NCBI GenBank assembly: GCA_002633005.1
Contig: NMRA01000214.1
Span: 85,336 to 149,335 of the forward strand
DNA length: 64,000 nucleotides
Direction: 5' to 3'
Source: Phoronis australis
Lineage: Eukaryota > Animalia > Phoronida
Positions 37,601-49,600 of this stretch are shown in pieces (positions within the stretch are counted from its first letter, which is position 1; every line of letters begins with the position of its first letter). The notes beneath the pieces are model-generated. The model made no database searches and had not been told where the DNA came from. It worked only from the letters and a program-made list of their open reading frames with translations. The position numbers and the translations under genes were made by a program.

Positions 37601-40600
37601 GTGTTGCAGCCCTGCTCTTTCAAAATCACCCATTTACATGTTTATGATCTTCGTGGATCTCGAATAGTTCCACAAAAAGGCCACACTAGAGAACAGTATG
37701 TCAGTAACTATTATGAGACAAAATAAGAATTAAAAAAATGCATTCTGGAAGACGTGTCTACAAAACCTGATAATCTCTGTGGCAAACGTGGGTAATGAGA
37801 TAAATTAAGGAGAGTTCATAGCACGTGCTGTACAAATGTGCGCTCCGTCTTTCTGCATGAAGTGCTCTATCATCTGATACGCCGTAAAATATAACAATGT
37901 CGTAAAATGTCACAACTGTTACATTTTATGTCATTGTTACATTTTACGTTGTTAGGCCTCTCCTAAAATGTAACAAGTTGTTACATTTTATGTAATTTAC
38001 GTCGAATGCACATACGAGAAATGTACCATTGTTACATTTTACAAAAGCGACGTCATATTTCATGAGTTTGCAAGGTATTTGTGACATGGAGGAAAACCCT
38101 TCACACACTTAACGCCTTCTTTCTCGGATTGTGTGAATGAAATTCTATCAAATGTGCCAGGTAGACTTCATAGATGAGCCCCGATTTACTTCCCATGGTT
38201 TTTTGAACATGAGTAGTTTAATGGTATAGTAAAAATGTACAACGTACAGTTTCAACTTCACACGAAAAGAGTTTCTAGGATCAGGTAACAAGTTTTTTTT
38301 ATCGTTAAAGCGTTCCTGTATTCTTTTGTTGGCGCTCATAAACCCATTTTATACGACATTACAGTAAACACACTTCCCTTTGTAAGAACAACAATGACAT
38401 CGTATTTGGCTAATATTTATCGTATTTCTTCGGGAACGAACGACGATAACAAAATTTTCCGTGGAGATTTCAATTTCGGAAGCCAATTTGATAGAAAAAA
38501 TATCAGTTTTATTCCACGATAGTTTGGTTTATTTCGGCCAGTATTTTATTGCCTTGGAGTAATCGCTAATGCAGTAATTGTCCTGCTTTACACAAAAGGA
38601 GCAAAATCAAAGTTTCTGATGCCGACGAGTGCCGTCTACCACCTTAGTTACGAATGACAATTTCTTAAAGACATTGTGGTGGAAGGAAATAAAAGCACGC
38701 ATTTATTTGCCGGCAGTTTGACAGATTTTGCAAAAGCAACAGCAAAATATCGCCTTTGAGAAGGGCGAGCCATTAGTTCAAAATGTGGCGGCATTGTGAC
38801 GAAAGAAATATCATTGTTCCTATGGTGTCAAACCTGTCTGAGATAGTGGTTGTAACAACAGGTGAAACCGCGACGTGTATATGTAAAAATGGGATGCCTA
38901 GCACTCTGAAGGGACCAGATCATTTTGCTCAAAATGGTTCAAAAAAGCTTACTGTCGGGCTTTCAGACTATTAAAACATGCAATTTCTCTTGTATTACCT
39001 TTTAAGATAAAATATGAATTAAAATTACTATTTGACCAATGGTCGTTAGTTCGAAGTACAAATAAATAAGGATAAAGATTGGACATTCTATTATTAATGG
39101 ACGTGAATTCACGTGTCTCTTGAGGCGCCATTTTTGTGTTGCAGCTCGCAGATAAGGGAATTTGGAATCCTTTTGATGCATTCCTTTTTAATCTTTTTGA
39201 TGCATTACATTAAATGCTCATATTAAACATCGCTGACTTTGACGTTGGCGGTTTTTGTTCCATACAATTAACTTTCAATGAAACCTAGTTCAAATCATTC
39301 TGTTAAATCATTGTGTTTTTTTAGAATATTGGGGCCCATTCCACATAAAATTGTTGTGTGTCTTGTGTGTCCGTTACCCACTATTCTAATGACCCGGTAA
39401 CCGCAGCTGACTAGTCGTTAGTTCTCGAAAAACGTCTGCCTCCAGAGTTCAACGTAAGGCAATTTTGAACTTACAAATCATCATTGAACGATCCCCAGTT
39501 CTTTGCCAAGGAATGTTTTCAACAAGAGACAATGTTATGGTCTGAATTCAGTTCTTCGTGGCAAACTACAGATGGACATAGTTATATTTACAAATAATAC
39601 AGTGCTTGCCGATACATGTAGTTCCGAAATAATCAATTTTTGAATTTGGTGCTCGTCTAAACAAGATTTTAAATCTCAACCTCCTCGTTTCCAAAAAGTA
39701 GGCGTACTCTGCTTCCACAGCTGTCAAGACATTCTTCACAATATCGTTAAAGCTGAACTTAGGAGCCCGTTTAAAATCCTTTTGTAACAGCACTTGCTGT
39801 CCAATATGGAAAGCCCGATGACAACATTGAACAATAAATGAGATAACTGAGGTATTAGCACTTTGCTAAACATGTTTGAGTCCTCGTTAAATAAATTTTA
39901 AAATATTATTATAAAAAAAGGATAACAAAAACGATAACTAGTAATAGTAGTAACAGTAGTGATAGTAATGTAATACTAATAAAAATTAGAATAGTTAGCG
40001 AATTCAAGTCGTGTCAGTCCGGAGGGCATTCCTATAGAAGATGTTCACGAAAAGTGCCGCCAAAACGGGTGTTTTTCACAGAAAAAATACACTCCAAAAC
40101 GGTGTCATTTTCGACAAAACTATATCCAAAAGGTGCCTTTCCTGAATTTCGGGAAAAGAAGTGTGCCAAAATGTGAGGTTTTACACAAATTAGTCTCTAA
40201 ATGGGCCACTTTTTTGTACGAGCCGACTCTCTAAATGGGTAGGTATTCAAAATTTTCTGCTCCTCGTCTAAAAATACTCCAGTACCCCCGGCCGTGTCAG
40301 ATACCACTTGTTCGTGATTTTGGTCATATTCTTTGCAATATGACGGGGGTTTCGTAAAATGTAACAATGGTACATTTTGTCGCATGTGCGTTCGACGTGA
40401 AATGTAACAACTTGTTACATTTTAGGATAGGCTTAGCAACGTCAAATGTAACAATGACGTAAATGTAACAGTTGTTACATTTTACAAAATTGTTACATTT
40501 TACGGCGTATCAGTGCCTTCTCTTCTAAGCAAGCGATAGGAAGTTACGCATGTTCTCGAGACACAATCTATGTTATTGTTTATGAAACATACGGGTTTCC

Positions 40601-43600
40601 TGGAGTTTAAAACTATGGCATCAAACTTGGAGGTTAAGGCCTCCATAAAAGTGTCTCCAAACGAAGAGTGCGTTCCGGAGACGCGAAAATCTCGCAAACA
40701 CTCAAGATCACGTAAAACTGCTCAAGATATTGGCATGTATTATAAGTGAAGCACGTGATCAAACTAGCTTCCTACGCGAAACTTTACTTCTTACAATACA
40801 GTAAAGCGGGTGCATGTAAACGATTCGCGTTGCTGTACTTGTAGTTGGACCTACTCTGGTAATAATCAGGCAGTCTGGCGGGCGTTGGGGTCCCAATAAC
40901 TCGATCATAGTAAAGCAAGATTCATCCGTGAACCTTACGTGCGTGACAGATTTTACAAAGGAAGGGGTAGACATGACTTTGCACTTATATAACCCAAGTT
41001 CCAGGCGCATGAGCTGTCTACCGCATGCAGGGCTTGTGGAAGTTGCTAGAGGGATCTATAAATACGAAATCATTCTGTTTATCACGAGCGAAGAGCATGG
41101 TATCCACATAACTTGCAAGGCGTCCAATAAGAAATCAGACTATCTGTCTGCTAGCGCCTCTGTTGTCATGGATGTTACAGGTAAATTATGACTATTATAT
41201 CGAGCCATTACTCGCAAAGTTCCGTCCTTGGAACTGTATGCTATGAGAATGCAGAAAAAATGACTCTGATCCCGGCGCTGTTGGTGTGCTTAAAACTGTA
41301 TTTCGGTCTGTTTAGCAGGTTAAAACGACAATGGAATTAGATTTTGCTCTCACAAAATCCTGTTCGGAAAATTACGTTTTTTTACCAAGTTACGCCCCAG
41401 GGAATGCGTTTGTGAATTCGCAATTTTGGGGTTGGCCATACCATTTCTTGTCACTTACGCGATTTCAGTCGAATCCTGTCCCTCTGGGGAAAGTTGCGAG
41501 ACTGACTTATGGGAACAAAATGCTTTGTGCGATGTTCGTTATTTTGCCACATAAAGTGGGCGGAATGCAGCTTCAGCTTTCTATTTTATTTCATTTGCTT
41601 TAGTTCTCATTTGTCTCCTACTTACTACAAATTCTGGCCATCACACGTTTATTTTACTGACTCCTAATTCTCGTTTTAATTATGCTAGCTTAACACAAAA
41701 CAAATAAGCACTTTAGCAAACTATGACATATTTACACCACGAAATACTTTATGCAAAGTACAGACGTTTCTTTGGTTTCTCAGAACGTCGTGAGAAACCA
41801 CATACTGAAAAGGTGAACAATGCAGAACCATCAAGTTACATGTCTGGCCTTGACTTCTGTCGAGTTTTTTTTTTCCAGTTGCCTTTTGACTTTTAGTGAC
41901 TCCCATTCTAGTGTCTCACCGTGTTCATCTTGTAGGGGTGATGGTCTGAGCACAGTAGCGAAACGTTTACGTTTTCATGTAGTGTTAGTGTTGTAGAAAT
42001 GACATGGTTCCCCAAACCGCTTGTTATCTGTTTTATTGTACTTGTTCCCTTCATTGTTGATGCCTACGGAAGATTCAACAACACAACCAGTAAATGTTTG
42101 GAGCATTTCCAACATATTCCTGATTCTCACGTCTTGAATTCATCGGTTAAGTCAATTTGCGTATGAAAGAAAGAGGCGCGCGCATATCTGTAAGCAAGAT
42201 TTTACTTGCGCGTTCAAACGAAAACATCATTGTGTTTGACGGCCTTTTGTAACATGAGGGCTGGTGTACTGGCAATTAAATTTTCAACCCAGCTCCTTTT
42301 ACGGCACCCGTGTCACATACCTGGGATAGTTAGTCATATAAAATATGAAATTCTACACTACTGGCAGCCCTGCCATCTCCATTTATGTACCATGCATATA
42401 CGTTTGAACCATTCCAGCGGGTCCTCGACGAATTGCAACTTTCCGCTGCTGGGGAGGACGATTCAGTCGTAGAGGCGCATGCATGTTGATGCTAGGTGCA
42501 AGGGTGACCCTATACTGTTCAACAGACAGCTCATTCCAGCAGGTTATATTTAGATTTCAATTTCGTCTGAAATCTGGAAAAACGTTTGAGGCGTATGGAA
42601 CAAACGGCGGGAAATACGTCTTGGACGTGTCGAAGGACTATCACCTGTCGACAGTCTGGTGTCTTGCTTCCAACGTTCGCGAACCATCTTTGCGTGCTTC
42701 AAGTTCCCTTGAAATCAAAATTACCGGTAAGGCCAAAAGGCATGAATGTTGTTGGTTCTTGTCTGTGGACTGTATGAAAATCGAGCCAGTGGTGTGGTAA
42801 CTTCAGTGAAATGAGATTTCTCGAAGTGTGTTGCTTTGTCCTGTGATTTGTTTGATTCGTTGTTCGCATTCTACAAGGTCACATTTCGCACCCGATCAAT
42901 GTGAAATTTATACAATACATGTGTCTTGCGACTGGCTCATAGTCTGTTAGTTTTTGCAAAAGAAAGAGTGGCGTTTCACAGTTCTGGTTTGCGGAGCCAT
43001 AGCGCCGCTGTCTCTGGAGGGATTTTTCAGATGTTTTCCTGTGAACAGGTTATTTCACAGACTACCGCGGATCGGAAGTGTGTCATTTGTTTTTCTCTAT
43101 GACTAACGGAGTTGTTTGAGATTTTCCAATCAAGTCAGTTCCTGTGCCGTATCTTAAGCTACCGTTGTCGGATCTGTTTGAAATTTAGTACGTGGAAAAA
43201 TTCTTTCAAGCGCTATCAGAGTACTGCAGCCTAATTCTTGCTACGACTTGCCGCTCTCGAGATATTCGAGATTTACTGCTTAGATGACTATTCTTTTATC
43301 TACCTATTTCAAGCTGCACTTTGTTGATCTATCATGTTGGTGCTAGACATCGCATTCTGGGTTTGATCGACATGAAATTTACATTCATTGATCTGTACAA
43401 AAGGTCGAGGATTTTTGTTATAGAGGGGAAATCGGACGCAAGGGACGTTGTAAGCGGCCATTCTTCGAATTATTAGTTTGCGATCCTTTGACTGAATATA
43501 TTCAAATTTGGTAGGCCTGCCTACAGGTATATATGAGAAACTAATGGCGCATTGCAGATAGCCTTTGAGGGAAATCTATACGACTTATCGTTCTTCACTT

Positions 43601-46600
43601 ATTCGAGGTACGACTGCCTTTCACTTAACTGGTTCTTCAGTGCACTTTAAATGTTATATCATTAACATTACGTTGGTGTGGTCATGGTTGTTGATGTTCT
43701 TGGTTTTGTCGTTTGTCGAACCCACCTTTAAATTTCTATTCGATTTCGCCAAGAATTGCTCCTCAGAGCGCATGGCAAAATATATCGTTTCGAGCCTTGC
43801 GTAAACTTATTTCTGTGCCTGTGTACAGCTTTTCAAAGCCCGAGACCATTACTGAAATTGATGCGGACGGGCGATTTGTCACCTATGATCGTTGAGCGTC
43901 AGCTTTGAAAATGGGTCAAGGTAAGACCGGGTTAAATTATGTTAATTTTTGTTCCTATGGCGAAAACCCATACACTCCCGTGTCGCATGTGAATTCTACG
44001 AGATCGTAGCAATCAAAGTTCAAGAACATTACCATCAGTTCAGGGGTCTAATGTTTGGACTAGAAGCAAATCTGGGTAGCCTGTCGAAGAAAAATAACAA
44101 ATTTTAGCTTTAAGTCAATTTTAAGATAAAACTTCAATTTGTCTTCAATCCATTCCAAGAAAGTGATCTTAGTTTGACTGTGTTATTGATTTAAGATTTG
44201 TCTCAGTTTTGACTAAATTACCGGATGTGGAAGTTTCAAAGTTTAGAAGTTGAGACAAATCTTAGGCTTAAATCGAAAATGAACGTAAGTCAGTTTCTTA
44301 TGACAGGCCACTGGCTCGAAACTATTTTTAACAGTTTCCATTCTGCGTTTGGGTTAACTCAAGTTAATTAAGAATACATTACTGTTCGTGAATATGGCTC
44401 TCTAATCCTAATTTGGACGTGATGACCACAGCATTGAAGTACAAGTTCGAGTGTTAAAGTAAAATCTTACCAGTGTTTTACCTGTGTTTGTAGTTCGAAT
44501 CTAGGGGTCATCAAGTACCACGTTGGATTAGACGCTAAACAATGTAAAGTGTAAACAAAAATAAGCTGGAGCACAGAATTCCAGTCATAGACTCGGAGTT
44601 CACCCAAAACCACAACGGGAAATGTGATAGATATTTTCGTGGACATAGATCAGAGCCCCGGCCCTGGTTGAATCAAGTCTCCAAACGTTAGGTGACGTCA
44701 AGCTGAGTGTTAACATTTTCAAGCATCAGTTATCGATTCGCGGAGTTTGGCTCAAAAGGAATTGACCTGATATGGCCGGGTACTGTCATCACAATGACAA
44801 GAAAAAACAAAGTACATTTATTTAACTTTTGTCCAGAACCGTTTTAAGGGTTTAAGCTAAGTGATCACTTAGCTTAAGATTTCCAATTGACCTTAAAAAG
44901 AACGTAATGGGATCGAGGCATTATAAGCCTATAGCTAATTCGATCTGATCGAAACCGTTAGAAATTGAGAAAGTTTTACGGGCACTGTCCTTCATCAATA
45001 GATTTGTACAATACCTGTTGTCGCCATGAAGCTCATCTATCAGGGAATCTAGTTTGGGGAGTAGAGGCTTTGTCGCTTTGGCGAGTACGTCACTGAAATA
45101 ATACAACTTGTTATGTCGTGAACTAAAACATTTTGGCTTCTGAAATTGAATTTCCCATAAAATTAGGATCATTTTTACCTGAAAACCGATCAAACTAGGC
45201 AAACTAGATTCTTAATTAATGTTTCGGTTCTTTGCTACCCCTTGATGAATTGTTTGATTAACTTTTTGAATCGCACTAGATCTGCGAGCCGTAATGCCGG
45301 ACGAAAAGGCACGGGAACGCTCAACAGAGAACTAAATTGATGTCTGGGTAGAGTTCAGTAACGCCAGAACCTACACTAGGACCTCGCTAAAATCTAGCCG
45401 AAATCACGTGTTCTCACGCGAAGTATTGCTTTTTAGAGAGGTCCTAGCGTTAGTGAACTGAAACAGATGTGTGTTCCCTGGAGTTGAAACAAACGGGAGG
45501 TTTTTGTTATGTTTTTGTTTTTGACTAAGTCAAATACAAAATAGGGTTTTGTTATGTTTATTTTTTGACTCGGTCAAATACTCCGAATGTCAGGAAATAA
45601 CGGTTACCACGAGTTCAAGTATAAAAAGGCTATGGTGGTTAGATCTTCCGTATAGTACATCCTGTTCAGAACACTACACTCTCTGTGCGAATGAGAATGG
45701 AAACCCATTGCCCTTAAGTAGTCTCCATGGAGTAGTCGTCAGAGGTTCATAGCAGTATGTACAACAATATCATTGTCAGGCGGTCCGCCGAGAGGTCCAC
45801 ACACTGTCGACATGTTACTTCGGGGTACCAACGCTTCAAATGATGTTGTTGTGGTCAGCAACGGAGTTGTGTTGGAAGTCGTCTGTAGGTCTGGGGTAGC
45901 GAACTCTGGATCTCACATCAATATTAGGTTAGTCACAGTGGACGGGGCAGTCAAACGTCTTGTGACTCGTGGTTTGCGCGCTTTCGACAACAACACCAAC
46001 GAGGCCACATCATCGAGTGTCGTAACCGATGACTACCATGCGGGAACCATCGAATGCGTCGCTATCAACACTCGCGCCCCAAAATTGAAAGCGTCCACAT
46101 CAAGAATTCTTGACATCACGGGTGAATATCCAATAAGAATGAATCTGCTATTAATTAACCGCCTGCTAAACATGGCTATCATGAAAAAGCGATTTCTAGG
46201 CTTGGTAGAAGGATCTGACTTTTCGTTCCTGCTCATGTCCACGATTGGAGCACAAAGATGTCTTCGTGTCAAAAAAAAAAATCGGATTGAGCATGGGTAT
46301 ACTCAAACTTGGACTCTACTCATACTAGAATGCATACTAGAAAATTAACCAATCGCGGCATGTCTTGAAGGCCTATTTTACCATTTTAAGCTTACGCGAA
46401 GTGTGCCTATAGCCATTTTTGGACGTAGTTGCGCCATGGTGAAATACGTTTCTAGTTGGTGGGCAACGTTCTGCATCCATTCTTGTACAGGAATTTAACG
46501 CAGTGGAATTTTTTCAAGTGTCTTGGTAAATTCGTTACAACTATCTTGTGAATTTGCCCCTGTTGCGCGGTGGAATATTCCCCGGGGGTCACTCTTATTG

Positions 46601-49600
46601 ACAAGATGCCAGCAGGCGTGTGCCAGGTCTGCTAATTCCCATCCCCTTTTTGCGCGGTAGATTTTTCTGCCCAATGCAATCATGGATCTTTTGTGGAGAC
46701 GAAATCGAAATTTGGAGAACTATTGTATCCCGCGTGGTTGCCGCAAAACTTGCTGGAAAGTACCGTCTATCTGCAATTTTTTGTACCTTGTCAATATTAG
46801 TAACCCCCCACCAGAAATATTCAAACAATGATACAATAATGTCCCTGAGTCAAGCCCGCAGAGACGCTTCTGTGATTTTTAGCCCTAATTAATTCCATCT
46901 AAAATGTTTCCTGTTGGTCAGTTTTCTAGTAAATGTTTCCTGTTGGTCAGTTTTCTAGTAGAGTTTTGAGTACAAAAAATAACACCCTGGTTCTGTTATT
47001 GTACAATAATCAAGAGTCCAAGCCGGAAGTAAGGCAAATTGCGTTGCCAATTTGGTAACAGAAAGTGGTCTATAATTAAACTTAACGAAACCATTAGCTT
47101 ATGCATGAAAACTTTCTTGGTTGCGAGGAGTCGTTTACTTAAAAGAAGACTTTGTTTTTGTTGCATGTACTGGTTGCCTCAAAGTCGGTTCTGGACAGGA
47201 AAATCCCCTATAGGTCATGGTAATATGTAGCAAGTACCTTAATTAAAATATCTAACACTCAAAACAAAATATCGATTCAAATGTGGAGTGAAACTTGTAA
47301 GGTGGTTGTTCAGATTTTTATTTCAGTCATTCAGGCAGCTGTCTGGTTGATAATAATGCACTGAAGGCCATACCAATCCTTAACATTTCAGTAAGTATCT
47401 GATGAGTTATGGAAATACAACAACCGTGTCTATACAACACTTTTGAGAATGCTCTTAGTTGCCCACAGTGGTGCAAGACTGACTCAGATATGCGATAACC
47501 CACAGAAAGCGTACAATCACAAATGGTTCGTGCGAAAGCCATGTTCTGAGAGGCCTAGCTGTTCGAAACGGTTACTGGCTTGTGTGCTTAACGTTAATGG
47601 TTTCTTTTTAATAGTTGGCCCGCACGACTTGACCATAGAAAGCGTTGACAAGTTGTCAGAAGTAGATGGCGATGTGATTGTCGCCGCAAATGCCACTAAA
47701 GCTACGATTCGTTGTGTTGCAAAGGTTCACCCAGCCGGAAAGATATCTTTGTACTCTCACATGGTAATCTCTGCTGAGCCAACGGTGGTCACCAGGAAGA
47801 GCGGCGACACGCTGGTTGAAAAACAACTGTCGTTTACAAGATACATGAATCACGAAAAGGAAGTGTTCACTTGTTCCGTTGCCAACACTCGAGACCCGTC
47901 AATGACGGCCTCGGTATCAAAGAAATTGAAAGTCGTTGGTGAGCTTGCATTTTTTAGTTCAAAGGAAACCAGACCCGGTTTTGCCCTGCCACCAGAAATT
48001 AAAACGGCTTTCCACCCAATTCCCTGAAAAATGATGTTCTATAATTCTCAATAATCCTCAAAAGTTTGGAGGAAAATTTGAAAGCTCCTTTCGAAGTCTG
48101 TTAGACGAGATTGCGTGGTCTACGCTTTTAGCGAATTACAATGTAACTGTGGGGAAAGACCACCCACCAAGAACCATACTGTCCGATCTTTGGCACAGGG
48201 ACTATAAGTTTTTCGTTGATTCATGCATTTATCTTTCAAGATAGACGCCCATGATGCACTAACAGGTGACAGAACGAGATTTGTCTGAAATCATCAAAAC
48301 AAGGTTTAATATTCTTTTAAGTCATCTCCAATCGAATAAAAGTGTTCAGGTAACATAAAAATGAAAACAACTACAGAAGATTGCATACTTTTTGACGTTC
48401 TGTAACGACAGAGAAGCTCCGTCACTGGAACATTTATGAAGTACTTAGGATTTAAAAACCTGCAGTAAAAGAGGAGGCAGTGTGGCCTAGTGGATTGATT
48501 GTCAGTTCACGGGATCGTAGGCTCGAATCGCAATGGAACCCAGGGCTAGACCATGGTCTTTCGCTCCTTAGTTCAGTCTCAATTATACTAAAAATAGTTG
48601 CAGGCAATCTGAAACACGTTGTACCAGACGTCCGCATGCCGCTTCGGCGGGTCCATTCGACTGATTACCTGGAACCATTTCTATGCTTTATGAATGTATA
48701 GTTAGAACCGACCTAAGGAGCTAGAGACGTGACTCAAGGGTCTAGCAATGTGCCCCAGTGGAACTCGAACTCAGGATCTTGAGAAAAGGAATGGGCACTT
48801 ACCTTACTAGGCCACACTGTCTCCTGTTGTCGCCGGGTCTACATTGGTGTTTATGTTATCTCTGTTTGGTTATGAATGAAAAATGGACGCAAGTGATTGG
48901 TGCAATGAGCCCAGCTGCGAACATCTGATGCAGCGTCCACGAGACAACAGGCACTACTTCTTCGTATGCTTCATTACAGACAGTCGACAAATTTACCTAA
49001 GGAACATAGGAAATGAGCACTCAAAAACAGTTGTGGCAATGTTTTTCAAATTACTTTACTTTCCTGGTGTTCACCTATTTTGTCGGACAAAATCAGGAGG
49101 GGCGTATCACACCCCATTCTTTTGTTTCACGTTTTATCGTCATTCTAGTCCATGGGAAGTGGTCGAATTGGCTTCAGTGGGAAACGTGCAGTTCAACATG
49201 TGGTCTGGGAACGCAGATAAGGATCCGTGAATGCACGAGTCCACCGCCATCTGATAACGGAGGCAACTACTGTCTGGGCCCGAACAAATTTTTCAAAAGC
49301 TGTCTCCAGGAAATGCCATGCGATCCCTACAAACAGAGTAAGTAGGCCTATGGACACCCAAGATTAGACTTACTAAAGTACATCGATGAAACAGAAAGAG
49401 TCACGAGAACAGACTGCGACCATGACAGAGATGATAACGAGAACGGTAAACTGACGGTGTAACAGAGTCTGTAAAAAATATATTTTACATTTTTATTTTA
49501 CAGAGTCCGACTACCTGAGGAACCACGTGGTTAACGCCTCCGAGACGAATGTTCTAATTATACTCGTCATTACTATTTGCGCTACGTCGTTCATAGTAAT

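Noticed and set aside
37874-38058. Regularly spaced tgttacatttt motifs resembling a repeat-spacer array
   Set aside because: They are subterminal motifs of a TIR mirrored at 40337-40513; eukaryotic context, no cas genes.
34275-49337. Naming the gene nephrin, hemicentin or UNC5
   Set aside because: It lacks FN3, vWA/G2F/EGF and ZU5/death domains, so no symbol was assigned.
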